Numbered from the stretch's first letter, positions 12,150 to 24,868 are shown. The stretch: DNA of 64,000 bases from Octopus vulgaris (GCA_951406725.2 OX597838.1:26722001-26786000), one strand, 5' to 3'. The notes: generated by a model not told the origin, from the letters alone. Translations and numbers: made by a program.

Positions 12150-12564
12150 CTATGTATATATATGTATTGATATACAGATAGATAGATGACAGACAGACAG
12201 ATAGATAGGTAAATAGAAAGATAGATAGGCAGAGAAGAAGAGACGAATAGTCAGCCAATACTCATGTATTCCATTAGCCGTTTTTCAGTCGTTGGACTGT
12301 GGCCATGCACATCGACACACAGTTCTACTCAGCCCCTGAGAAGGCAACTAAATTGGCATCAGCATATCTTTACACCATTAATTAATACACTAAATCGTTA
12401 TGATGTTCCAGATACAACTCTACATATTTTATGCTGAAAGTGCTTACAGGTCCTGTGGTAAGACTGACCTGCCGCTAGAAACACTGACTGTTTTAATCAA
12501 AGAAGAGAAATAAACAAACAGATGAAAAGATATTAGGTCAAAATATGGCCTCGTATTATCAAAT

Positions 12565-13091
12565 ACAGAGAGAGAGAGAGAGTGGTAGAGGGACGAATAG
12601 AGAGAGGATGATAGAGAGATAAAGAAACGGTAGTAGAAGGAAGAATGTGTGTGTGTATAAATATATATATATGGCGAGAGAGAGAGAGAGGTAGAGAGAT
12701 GAAGAGAGAAAGAATGAGATGAAGAGAGAATAATAAGACAAAGAGAGAAGGGGTAGAGGGATGAATAGAGAGAGAGATAGAAAGATAAAGAGAGGGTAAT
12801 AGAGGGAAAGTAAAGATAAATAGAAAGAGGGTAGTAGAAGGATGAACAAACAAAGAGGGGGAGAGAGAGATAGTAAAAGGGGAGAGAATGGTTGATGGAA
12901 GACTGGAGAAAGAGAGAGGAGGGGTGATAGAGAGAGGGGGAAGAAGGAGGAAAGAGATGCTAAGAGATAGTGGGAGAGAGAGAGAGTACAAGGTAGAGAG
13001 ACAAATGGAAGCAGCAAGAGATAAAGGGAGAGAAATCAATATCAATAAATAAATATGAATATATAAAAAGGAAATAAAAAAAAACGGGATG

Positions 13092-13127
<36 letters not shown>

Positions 13128-13550
13128 TGTAGAATATAAACAAAAAACAACAAAAAACAGCGACCTTGTCAAGGAGAAACTTATAGATTGGAAATAATAA
13201 CTTGGAGAATAAGAAGTGGGGATGAAAAGATGTCTGTGTTTGTGTGTATGAGTTGGGGAAGGAGGAGGTAGAGAGTATGTAGGAGAAAGGATGAGAGAGA
13301 GAGAGTGAGTATAGAAGGGAGGGAGGGAGAGAGGGACAGATAGATAGAGGATATGTGGAAGAGAGTGCGAGAGAAGTAGGGGAGAGAGAGAGGGGTGTCC
13401 AAGAGAGGGATAGAGATCAGAGAAAGAGTGTGTGTGTATGTGTTGGAGAAAATGAGAATGTATGTGTGTGTATAGGTGAAAGCATTAATGAAAGAAGGAA
13501 GTGTGTGCTAGAGAGAAAGAGAGAGAGGCAAAGAGCAAGAGAATATCTGT

Positions 13551-13581
<31 letters not shown>

Positions 13582-13770
13582 CATATATGAGGTGAAGAGT
13601 GTGTGTGGAAAGAGAGAGAGAGAGAGAGAAAGAGAGAAAGAAAGAGAAAGAGAGAGAGAGAGCAAGAGAGAGATAGAGATGAAGCAAGCATGAAAAAGTG
13701 AGCATATGAAAGAGAGAGAGAGAGAGAGAGAGAAAGGAAGAAAGAAAGAGAGAGAGAGAGAGAAAGAGAG
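12565..13770. repeat. Purine-rich (GA)n/(GATA) low-complexity region
   Basis: Seen directly. Confidence 0.9.
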
Positions 13771-14104
13771 ATTGTGTCCATGTATGTGTGTTTTTCATAT
13801 TGATTGTTGTATATGAGGTAAAATTGGTGGCAGAACATGAAATATTAACAAAACAGGAATAACAACACTTTTGGACATCACTTGTTTGTTGAGCGATCAA
13901 TTGATCAATCAATCAATCAATCAATCAGTCAATCAATCTATCAATTGTCTTTATCCATCCACCTCCCTATCCAACTATCTATCCACCTTCCTGTCTTATC
14001 TATCCATCCATCCATCCACCCACCTTAATGTCTATCCACGTTCCTGGCTATCTATCCACCTATTTCTTTATCTATTTTTCTATCTGTCTGTCAACAACAA
14101 CAAT

Positions 14105-15527
14105 CCTTTCTACTAAAGGCACAAGGCCTGAAATTTGTGGGGAGGGGACTAGTCGATTACATCGACCCCAGTGCATAACTGATACTTAATTTATTGACCC
14201 TGAAAGGATGAACAGTAAAGTCGACTTCAGCTGAATTTGAACTCAGAACGTAAAGACAGACGAAATGGTGCAAAGCATTTTGCCCAGCATGCTAATGATT
14301 CTGCCAGCTCGCTGCCTTAATAATAATACGTCTTTCAAAGTTTGGTACAAGATCAATAATAATAATGGTAATAATAATAATAATAATGATGATGATGATG
14401 ATGATGATAATGGTTTTAAATTTTGCCACAAGGGCAGCAATTTTGGGGGAGGGGGATGAGTCAATTACATGCCCCCCCCCCCCCAGTGTTCAACTGGTAC
14501 TTACTTTATTGACCCCTGAAAGGATGAAAGGCAAAGTCGGCCTCAGTGGAATTTGAACCCAGAATGGAGTGGCACACGAAATACCGCTAAGCATTTCATC
14601 CATTGTGCTAACAATTCTGCCACCTCGCTGCCTTGATAATAATAACAACAATAATAATTTTTTGCAAGCAGGCACAAGGCCTGAAAGTTTAGGGGAAGGG
14701 GTTAGTCGATTACATTGACCCCAGTGCATAACTGGTACTTATTTCATCAGCCCTGAAAGGATGAAAGGCAAAGCTGACCCTGGCAGACAAAATGCTGCAA
14801 ATCATTTTGTTGAGTGAGTTAACAAGACTTCTGGATCACTTCCTTAACACTAACAAGAATAATCCTTTCTATTATAGGCACAAGACCTGGAATTTGGGGG
14901 GAAGGGCGAGTTGATTACATCGATGCCAGTACACAACTGGTATTTATTTTATTGACCCCCTACCCCCCCGAAAGGATGAAAGTCAAGGTCAACCTCAGGG
15001 GAATTTGAGCTCAGAACACGAAGACAGATGAAATACTGCTAAGCATTTTGCCCGGTGTGCTATTAATAATTGTTTCTATTCTAGGCGCAAGGCCTTGAAA
15101 GTTTTTTGAGGAAGGGGGCTAATTGATTAAATCAGCCCCAGTGTGTAACTGGTACTTATTTCATTGACCCCGAAAGGATGACAGGCAAAGTCAAGCTCGG
15201 CGGAATTTGAACTCAGAACGTAGCGGCAGATGAAATACCGCTAAGCATTTCGCCCGGCATGCTAACGATTCTGCCAGCTCACCGTCTTAAAAATAGGAAT
15301 GAGAAACATATTCTTTTCTACTCTAGGCACAAGGCCTGATATTCTTGAGGAAGGGACCAGTCGATTAGATCGGCCCCAGTATGCAACTGGTACTTAATTT
15401 ATTGACCCTCGAAAGGATAAAAGGTAAAGTCAACTTCGGCAGAATTTGAACTCAGAACATAAAAGCAGACAAAATACCACTAAGCATTTTGCCCAACGTG
15501 CTAACAATTTTGCTAGCCCACTGCCTT
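14105..15527 (-). mobile_element. Head-to-tail array of ~6 SINE B copies separated by (AAT)n
   Basis: Repeated AAAGGATGAAAGGCAAAGTCGACC...GAATTTGAACTCAGAAC...CTGCCAGCTCGC units. Confidence 0.9.
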
Positions 15528-15554
15528 AAGATGTGCTATTAATTATAAGAAGAT

Positions 15555-16327
15555 CTACTCCCTAACTATAGAAAGAACCTGTGGAAGAGGTAGACCTCGG
15601 AAAACATGGGATGAGGTGGTGAAGCATGAACCCTGAACATTGGGCCTCACAGAGGCAATGATGGGAGACTGGGACTTTTGGAGATATACTGTGATTGAGA
15701 AGACCCAGCAAATTCCACTGAGGTCAACTTTACCTTTCATCCTTTCAGGAGTTGATAAAGTAAGTTTAGTAATATATCAGACCTAGGTAGTTGGGTGGGT
15801 TTGTGAGTGAATGGATGAATGGATAGACTGATAGATAAGGAGGTAAGATGATGGATGAGTAGGTGAGATTTCAGCCATGCATGTTCGGCCCTGTTAAGAA
15901 TACCCTTGATGTGTCAGGCGATATGATATGCTTGAGAAGACCGGTTGAGTCAAGTAAAACCAATATCATAGCTGTGGCCAGCGGCCCCTGACTGGCTCCC
16001 ATGCCAGTGGCACATAGAAAGCACCATCTGAATGTGATCGATGCCAGGTCCGCCTGACTGGCTCTTGTGCCAGTGGCATGTAAAAAGCACCATCCGAACT
16101 TGATTGATGTCAGGTCCACATGACTGGCTCCCATGCCGGTGGCACATAAAAACCACCTACTACACTCTCAGAGTGGTTGGCGTTAGGAAGGGCATCCAGC
16201 TGTAGAAACTTTGCCAGATCAGATTGGAGCCTGGTGCAGCCGCTGGCTCACCAGTCCTCAATCTAACCGTCCAACCCATGCCAGCATGGAAAACGGACGT
16301 TAAATGATGATGATGATGATGATGATG
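15555..16327 (+). mobile_element. RTE-clade LINE 3' end (ORF C-terminus plus 3' UTR), interrupted
   Basis: 15555-15706 reads ...TCGRGRPRKTWDEVVKHEP*TLGLTEAMMGDWDFWRYTVIEKT, the RTE C-terminal GRP..W..DR..WR signature. The UTR has ~60-bp tandem hairpin units and a (GAT)n tail. Confidence 0.85.
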
Positions 16328-16769
16328 AATAACAACACGAATCAAGGTTAAATGTAAACATGAATAAAAATAAAATAAAATATAAAAATTTTTTTTTTTA
16401 ATTGTAAAATAAAAAATAATATGCCAAGTTGTATGCGAGTTCAAATAACATAAACGGAATCATTTAGGAGTGAAGAAGGTTTGAAAGTGAATTAGTTGTA
16501 ATTCGATAAGGAAGAAGGAAAGAAAGAAAGAAAGAAAGACAGAGAGAAAGAAACAATGAAAGAAGGAAAGAGATAAAGAAAGACAGAAAGAAGGTGTGAA
16601 GAAGAAAACAAGACAAACATGATTAAATGTCAATAGAAGTTATTAAGTTTCTTTTGATAGCTTAATGGTAACGAAGCACGTTTGCAAGAAACAGTTTCAA
16701 ATCAACAGAAGGTGAAAACTTTGTTGTTTGACGTATGGGTTATTGATTGCAATTGGTTGTTATGTTACT

Positions 16770-17340
16770 GCTGATGGTGCTGCTGCTGCTGCTATCGATA
16801 ATGATGATGATGATGATGATGTTATGATGCTGCTGTTATTGATGATGACAATGTTGTTGATGATGATGATGATGATGATGCTGATGCTGGCAACGCTGAT
16901 GATCAGGATGCTGATGATGCTGATGATGACGACGCTGATGATGACTGCTGCTGTTGATGATGATGACGATGCTGATGATGATAATGATGCTGATGATGCT
17001 GGCAACACTGATGATCAGGATGATGATGATGATGACGTTGATGAGGCAGCTGCTGGTGATGATGGTGATGCTGCTGATGTCAATGCTGATGATGATGATG
17101 ATGATGATGATGACGATGCTGCTGCTGCTGCTGATGACGACGCTGATGATGACTGCTGCTGCTGCTGCTGATGATGTTGATGATGACAATGATGTTGATG
17201 ATGCTGGCAACACTGATGATCAGGATGATGATGATGATGACGACGCTGATGATGACGACGTTGATGAGGCAGCTGCTGGTGATGATGGTGATGCTGCTGA
17301 TGTCAATGGCACTGCTGTTGCTGTTGCTATGATGACGAGG
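16770..17340. repeat. (GAT)/(GCT) trinucleotide repeat with higher-order duplications
   Basis: The block GCTGGCAACACTGATGATCAGGATG recurs three times (one copy with a single substitution). Confidence 0.85.
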
Positions 17341-17677
17341 ATGCTATGAGGCTGAGCTGGAAAGTTCATAGGCTGACTACGAAGGAGTGATGCAAGAGCT
17401 GTGAAATCTCGCACACATTAATTTCAACCCTTCTTATTAATAACGGCATTGCTTCTTTCCAGGTAAATTGACATCTGACTGTTCAAAGAACACTTCAAAA
17501 GTAACTAGAAGTGAATTCTTTTGAAAAGGGACAAAATTTGGCATCATGGTTTTTTTTTTACATGTACCTGCATAAAAAACAAAAGGTTTAGCCCACAAGA
17601 ACAACCATGCTGACATGGTTGTTACATTAGGGGATGATGCGTCAGGTTTATCAACAGTGCAAAAGCAGGCCACTTAA

Positions 17678-19441
17678 CCCTTTCGTTACTATATTTCTGT
17701 TGAGATAAATAATAATATAATAAACATTGTGTACAGTGCTCAGGTGCACTACAACTCATCTAAAGTGCATATATAATCAGGTGTAGTTTTGACGGATTTC
17801 GGGAAGCATGAAGGCCTTAAAGGATGCAGTGTCATGGCAGTCAACAACTGACGCAGGCAGTTTATTCCATGCTTCAGCAACTCTGAGTGTGAAGAAATGT
17901 TTCCGAAAGTCATGGGAGCTGTGTTGTTTTCTGACTTTGTAGGCATGTCCACGTGTGTTAGACACATGGAGATCAAAAAGGTGTTCAGTGTTGTTATTGG
18001 TGAGGTGGTTGACAACTTTGTGGGCATTTACCAAGTCCGTCGCCAGATGCCGGAGCTTCAGTGAATCCATGCCCAGGGAAACAAGGCGCTCAGAATATGG
18101 TAGGTGTCTGATGGAGGGTATGCATTTGGTTGCATGTCTCTGAACAGATTCCAGGAGGTCAATGTTCTGAGCAAGATAGGGGTTCCAAACTGATGATGCG
18201 AATTCCAAGTGTGGTCGTACCATAGCTGTATACAGTTTTAAATAGATGGCTGGAGAGCGGCTAACAAAAGTCTTGCTGAGTGATGCCAAAACACCCTCGG
18301 CCTTCTTGACAATTTTAGAGATATGCTTTGTCCAACGCAAATCACTGCTGACAGTGATGCCTAGGTCACGCTCGCAAAAGGATTTCTTGATATCAGTGTT
18401 GTGGAGGGAGTATGTGGACGCAGGGTTTTTCTCCCAAAATGCATGGTGGTACACTTGTCCACAGCCAGTTTCAGTTGCCAGTCTGTGATCCATTGCTGCA
18501 TTGTGTCCAGGTCTGATTGCAGGAAAGAGCTGTAGACAACAGGATCTGTCCTCTTGATTTCAAGGTACAGCTTGATGTCGTCTGCATATTTTAATACTGT
18601 GGCATTCTTTAAATTTGCATCTATGTCATTAATGTATGCCACAAACAAGAGGGGACCAAGGACAGATCCCTGTGGTACACCCGATGACATCTCATATGGT
18701 GTAGAATGCTGTCCTAGAACTGTGACTACCTCCTTTCGGTTGAGAATGAAGGATTTCAACCAGTTAAAAAGGTCATCCCTCACACCCATTGCAGAGAGTT
18801 TCACCATAAGCCTTTTGTGTGGCACAGAGTTGAAAGCCTTAGCGAAGTCAAGGTAGACAACATCCACCCATGAGCCACTGTCAGTGATCTGAGTAATGTC
18901 CTCAAGGAACTCGACAAACTGATCACTGCAGCTGGAGTTAGGGACAAATCCATATTGTGAGGGTCGGATGAGACTGTGTGAGCTCCAGAAGTTCCAAAGT
19001 GTTTCTCTGACACACGATTCCATCAGTTTTGCAATACAGCTAGTGAGACTGACTGGGCGATAGTTGACAGGTGATGTGCGGTCGCCCTTTTTGAACAGAG
19101 GAATGACACTGGCAGTTTTCCACTGTTCCGGAGTAGCACCATTGTTGAGACAGTACTGGAAGAAAATAGAGAGCTGGTGTAAAAGGAAGTACCTGCCACG
19201 TTTGAGAAGCAGGTATGTAACTCCATCAAGACCAGGGGAGGCATAGTTGCTCTGTGTTTCTTTCAATTAATTTTAAATATAACAAAGAATTTAGCAAAAA
19301 TAGCTTAGTTATCATTAAGCTAGTGTTAGGAACATAAATTGTGACTAAGGTTTGGTGGAAGATTTTAATTAAAAACTTATGAAAACAAGACATTTGTACT
19401 CAGAGCCAGGGCCGGTTTTAGCCAGGTTGGTAATGAAAGGG
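17678..19441 (+). mobile_element. piggyBac-like (TTAA) MITE family 2, split by a LINE
   Basis: TTAA|CCCTTTCGTTAC...(17678-17706)+(19249-19441)...GTAATGAAAGGG|TTAA. An intact twin follows at 19454-19675. Confidence 0.85.
17707..19248 (-). mobile_element. 5'-truncated CR1-group LINE with reverse transcriptase domain (one frameshift near 18425)
   Basis: RT motifs WKTASVIPLFKKG, NYRPVSLTS, QYGF, YLDFAKAFNSVPH, SGVPQGSVLGPLLF and YADDIK. C-terminal RDLG, RPHLEFASSVWNP and TRGH, plus an (ATT)n tail. Confidence 0.95.
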
Positions 19442-19453
19442 TTAATGCCTTGA

Positions 19454-19675
19454 CCCTTTTGTTACCATATTTCTGTTGAGATGCTCTGTGTTTCTTTCAA
19501 TTAATTTTAAATACAACAAAGAATTTAGTAAAATAACTTTGTTATCATTCAGCTAGTGTTAGGAACATAAATTGTGACTAAGGTTTTGGTGGAAGATTTT
19601 AATTCCAAACTTATGAAAACAAGACATTTGTACTCGGAGCCAGGGCCGGTTTTAGCCAGGTTTTTAACGAAAGGG
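19454..19675 (+). mobile_element. TTAA MITE family 2, intact copy
   Basis: CCCTTTTGTTACC...AACGAAAGGG|TTAA, highly similar to the adjacent split copy. Confidence 0.85.
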
Positions 19676-20794
19676 TTAATTTAGGAGGGGAAGGGAGAGT
19701 TTTGTGGATGACCCAAGGTCTGGACATCCTGCAACTGCTACCAGCAAGGAAAACCTTGATTGTGTCCATCACATGGCGATGGATGACTTCGAATCAAATA
19801 GCCAATGCTATTAGCATATTTAGCATATCCCATGAGAGTGTTGAGAATATTCTGCAGCACAATGAACTTGGCATGACAAAGGTTCCTGCTTGGTGGATGC
19901 CACATCTTTCTGACACTTGGTCGAAGGCACAAGAGGCTGGCCAAATCATGAAAAGATCTGACATTGTTTGAAGCAGATCCAGTGGGTTTCCTTGAACATT
20001 TCCTAAACAAGGATGAGTGTTGGCTTCATCACTGATGCAGAGACAAAGAGACAATCCATGCAGTGGAAACATCCCACTTCACCTGCTCTGAAGAAAGCCA
20101 ATGTCGTTTCCTCTACAGCAAGACACCTGTTTCTGTCTCCCTGTCTCACTATAACCTTTCATCATCCAACACAAGATAACCTCCTCCAATGTCCCCTCTC
20201 CTCTCAAAAGATTTTTGTCATGCAGGTTACTTGGTGACCCTGTCAGTGCAGGTGCCACTTAAAAAGCATCCAGTCCACACTGTAAAGTAGTTGACACTTG
20301 GAAGGGCGTCCAGCTGTAAAAATCATGCCAAAACTGACCTCGCCTGTGCTTGTGTCACTTAAAAAGCATCCAGTCCACACAGTAATGTGGCATTCAGAAG
20401 GGCTTCCAGCTGTAAAAACCCTGCCAAAACTGACCTCACCTGTGCTTGTGCCACATAAAAAGCACTCTGTCCACTCTGCTGGGTGGTTGGTGTTAGGAAA
20501 GGCATCCGGCTGTAAAAATCCTGCCAAAACAGTCACAGAAATCTGGTGTAGGCTTTGGCCTGGCTGGTTCCTGTCAAACTGTCCAACCCATGCCAGCATG
20601 GAAGGCAGAAGTTAAACGATGATGATGATGCTACACTGTATTTATCTAGGACTACACTCTGCAATGTGCCCTCCCTTTTCTAAAATGGTATGGGTGAAAT
20701 TTGAAGACAGCTAATTGGCAGAACCCAAAAAATTCAAAATGAGGACACATTAAATTCAGGCCATGACCATCATATCTGAAATAGATCCATTTAC

Positions 20795-20812
20795 CTCATA
20801 CGTAACCTTGAC
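20795..20812 (-). other. Candidate 18-nt microexon
   Basis: Minus strand: ~95-nt AG-free U-rich tract, then ...AAACACTAG|GTCAAGGTTACGTATGAG|GTAAAT. Length is divisible by 3. Confidence 0.4.
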
Positions 20813-22434
20813 CTAGTGTTTGAACAACAACAATCACAACAACAAATCAAAAATAACAGAAAAGCAACAACAAAAAAAAGGCAGTATCGTTTGATTATAG
20901 ATATTTTGCTAATAAAAGGATTAATTGATAAATATAGAGAAAATAAAAACATGAGAATTTGTAGTAATTCTATCTGCCTGAACCAATTTTTATCACCACC
21001 CCCACCATACATACACACACACACGCAAATAGCTCCTCCCTACTGTTCCATGGCCCCAACAATATCTTTGAAAATATAGCTGGAAGATGATATCTTCATT
21101 ATGCTAATTAATATTTTCAAACTACAACACTGAAAAAAAGAATATAACAATAAAATAAAATATAACAAAAAATAAAATATAACAAAAAAATATATTTAAA
21201 AAAAACTAGGGCAGGTGAGAATATGTATAAATGTGTATGTGTATATATGTGCACTCACACACATCCTACTATAGGCACAAGGCTAGAAATTAGGGAGAGG
21301 TGGGGCTGATTGATTATATTAACCCTAGTGCTTGACTGGTAGTTATATCATTGACCCTAAAAGGATGAAAGGCAAAGCTGACCTTGGTGGAATTTGAACT
21401 CAAAACAAAGACATGAAATGCCATCGTCAGCTACCCCACGAGTATCATTGTGGTTTCGACACCTGTGCAGTACCATTAAGTCAATCACCATGTTCTACTG
21501 TGTTAGCAGTGCACCTTACGTTGATTGTTTAAGTTATCTCTACAGATATTCTTTAAAAATTATAACCAGCACTGATTTTTGTTACGATGATCTGTATCCA
21601 GTTTGCTTACATTGATGTCTCAGATATGAAACGTAAAAAAAATTAGTGCTGGTTATAATTTCTACAGAATATATCTCTTTTTCTCTTTTACTTGTTTCAG
21701 TCATTTGACTGCAGCCATGCTGGAGCACCGCCTTTAGTCGAGCAAATCGACTCCAGGACTTATTGTTTGGAAGCCTAGTACTTATTCTATCGGTCTCTTT
21801 GGCCGAACTGCTAAGTTACTGGGACGTAGACACACTACCATTGATTGTCAAGCGATGTTGGGTGGACAAACACAGACACACAAACATATACACACAAACA
21901 TACATTTACATATATACATATGATGGGCTTCTTTCAGTTTCCGTCTACCAAATCCTTGTGGGCAATAAAAGAAATAAGAATAAGTACTGGGGTCGATTTG
22001 TTCAACTAAAACCCTTCAAAGCAGTGCTCCAGCATGGCCGCAGTCAAATGACTGAAACAAGTAAAAGAATGCAAAAGAATAGTCATCAACAGTTATTCTA
22101 AAAAAAATCCTTCCATGGAGGTAAACAGGTGACAAGGTTTCAATCTCAGCCCTACTCCCCTTGTCTTCCACCTGTCAGGTAATGAACGCTCTGGCGATAA
22201 TTCAAAGCTGGAGAATGGAAGCTGTTTCTGTTCATAGCTGGATTATTTACAAGATTAAGAAGCCATCTGCAGATTGTTATCATTATTGGTAATTTTATGT
22301 GATAATACTAAGATGCTAGGAATCAATATCGTTAGTGTTATCACTGGATATAAATATTAACAAAAAAAAAAAAATTATACATAATAGAAAAAAATGGTAA
22401 TATTCTAAAAAATAAATCCATTTCTATACATATA

Positions 22435-22642
22435 CAGTAATACCTCGACTATCACGGGTATTACATTCCAAATCCCCCCGCGATAGGTGAAAATCCATAA
22501 TGTAGAAACAGTACTGTACTGTATATTCAAAAAAAATTTTTAATAATTTGTATATATTTTTTTAATTATAAATGCAAAACAACACCACAGAGGAATCAAC
22601 GTAAGCCTAAATAATAAACCACAATATGGTGAGGGATTATTG
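22435..22642. mobile_element. Tigger/pogo-like MITE
   Basis: TA|CAGTAATACCTCGACTATC...ATATGGTGAGGGATTATTG|TA: imperfect TIRs with TA flanks. Confidence 0.65.
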
Positions 22643-22796
22643 TATTACATACATACACATGCACTCATACATACATACATACATACATATTATACGTATA
22701 CATACACACATCCATGTACATAAAAACATGTAGTTTAATATATACGAGTGGATACTGAAAAATGTTCCTGGTTTTAAGGGTACATACCATCTTGTA

Positions 22797-23212
22797 CATA
22801 CACATACACTAATTCATACATACATAAGACATGCATATATACACACATATACTAATTCATACATACATAAGACATGCATATATACACACATACACTAATT
22901 CATACATACATAAGACATGCATATATACACACATATACTAATTCATACATACATAAGGCATGCATATATACACACATATACTAATTCATACATACATAAG
23001 ACATGCATATATACACACACACACAAATTCATACATACATAAGACATGCATATATACACACACACACAAATTCATACATACATAAGACATACATATATAC
23101 ACACATACACTAATTCATACATAAGACATGCATATATACACACATATACTAATTCATACATACATACATAAGATATGCATATATACACACATACACTAAT
23201 TCATACATACAT
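22797..23212. repeat. 43-bp minisatellite, ~10 copies
   Basis: Unit ~TACACACATATACTAATTCATACATACATAAGACATGCATA. The CTAATTC anchors at 22809, 22852 and 22895 give a period of 43. Confidence 0.9.
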
Positions 23213-23437
23213 ATATACATGCATGCATACATAGTTTTGTATCTAGATCTTTCTTATCAAAGAAACTGGCATTATGTCAAGGAAACTCCAGAGTAAGAGC
23301 CTACTGGATCAGCTGATATATTATCACACACCTCTATAGTAGCATGTAAATCTTCTCCCTTTAATTAAACCAATAAAGCATCTGTGTATGTGAGTATGCT
23401 TATATAAAGTGATCAATGTACAAGGGGGTACTGAATA

Positions 23438-23797
23438 AGACCCCAGGACTTATTCTTTGTAAGCCCAGTACTTACTCTATCGGTCTCTTTTGCCGAACTG
23501 CTAAGTTTACGGCGATATAAACACACCAATATCAGTTGTCAAGAGATGGTGGGGTGAGACAAACACATACATACATACATGTACATACATACATTCATAC
23601 ACATACATACACACACACATACATACATACATATATATACGACAGGCTTCTTTCAGTTTCCGTCTACCAAATCCACTCACAAGGCGTTGGTCGGCCCGAG
23701 GCTATAGCGGAAGACACTTGCCCAAGGTGCCACGCAGTGGGACTGAATCTGGAACCATGTGGTTGGTAAGCAAGCTATTTACCACACAGCCACTCCT
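23438..23797 (-). mobile_element. SINE family A
   Basis: Reverse-complement match to 1226-1670, lacking the 3' tail. Confidence 0.9.
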
Positions 23798-24014
23798 CCT
23801 TGTTTAAAATTTTAGAACAAGGCCAGCAATTCTGAGGGAAGGGTGTTAGTCGATTACACTGACCCAGAACTTAACAGTTCCTTTATTTTTACCAATCCTA
23901 GAAAGAGGAAAAATAAAGTTGACCCCAGTGGAATTCGAACACACGGTGGATAGACAGAAGAGATGCTGCAAATCATTTTGTCCTGTGTGGTAATGATTCT
24001 GCCAGCTCACCACC

Positions 24015-24048
<34 letters not shown>

Positions 24049-24158
24049 TAACAACCAAATAATAATTAACCAAAATGAAGTAGATTGACAAAATTACTTT
24101 TTGAGCCTGTCGAAGACACACAAGATGTCGAAATATCATTCACTAGATGACAATGGCA

Positions 24159-24412
24159 GAGGCGCATGGCTTAGTGGTTAGGGTGTTGAGCTCATGATCG
24201 TAAGGTTGTGGTTTCGATTCCTGGACCGGGCGATGCGTTGTGTTCTTGAGCAAAACACTTCATTTCACAATGCTCCAGTTCAGTCAGCTGGCAAAAATGA
24301 GTAATCCTGCGACAGACCAGCGTCCCGTCCAGGTGGGGAATTTCTATGCCACCGAAACCAGCCCTTATGAGCCTGGCATGGCTCGAGAAGGAACATTTAT
24401 TTTTTTTTTATT
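24159..24412 (+). mobile_element. SINE family C with 13-bp TSD
   Basis: TSD GATGACAATGGCA at 24146-24158 and 24413-24425, with a tRNA-like head and T-rich tail. Confidence 0.9.
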
Positions 24413-24868
24413 GATGACAATGGCACTCTTCTTTTAATTTCGACTATATCTTCTGGAGGAGTTACCTCAATCCGTTATATATTAATAATAATAATAATGT
24501 TTTTTATTAACCACCAAAGGGTGATAAAAACATCAAGCATGGGATAATGTAAAAGTGTGTATAAAAAGAAAATAACAGAAACACAACCCCACTCCACCAA
24601 AAAAAAAACTAAACATTCAAACAAAGATTAATTTCCCACCCAAAAGAGTGGGGAGACCTCCGAGATCTACTTGGGTACCTTAACAAAACCCTGATCATCT
24701 TGAACATTGAGACAAGTGACCCCTCCTACCAGTTATCCTCCTATAATCTATGGGTGCATGTTCAGAGCAGGCCCCATTCATTCAGAACAGTATATATAAA
24801 TAATACATATATGCACACATATACATGCATACACACACAAACTTGCATGTATCTATACACACACACAT

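Larger units (their letters stand above)
17346..20120 (+). pseudogene. Degenerate mariner (Tc1/mariner DD34D-type) transposon split by nested insertions
   Basis: The 5' part encodes ...KKGLAHKNNHADMVVTLGDDASGLSTVQK (HTH). It resumes at 19680 with FRRGRESFVDDPRSGHPAT...NELGMTKVPAWWMPHL (WVPRLL-like motif) and ETKRQSMQWKHPTSPALKKA. Contains frameshifts and stops. Confidence 0.85.

Noticed and set aside
21411-21480. CTGACGA and GAAAC motifs on the minus strand as a permuted hammerhead
   Set aside because: There is no UH cleavage site or room for stem I; at most these are decayed fragments.
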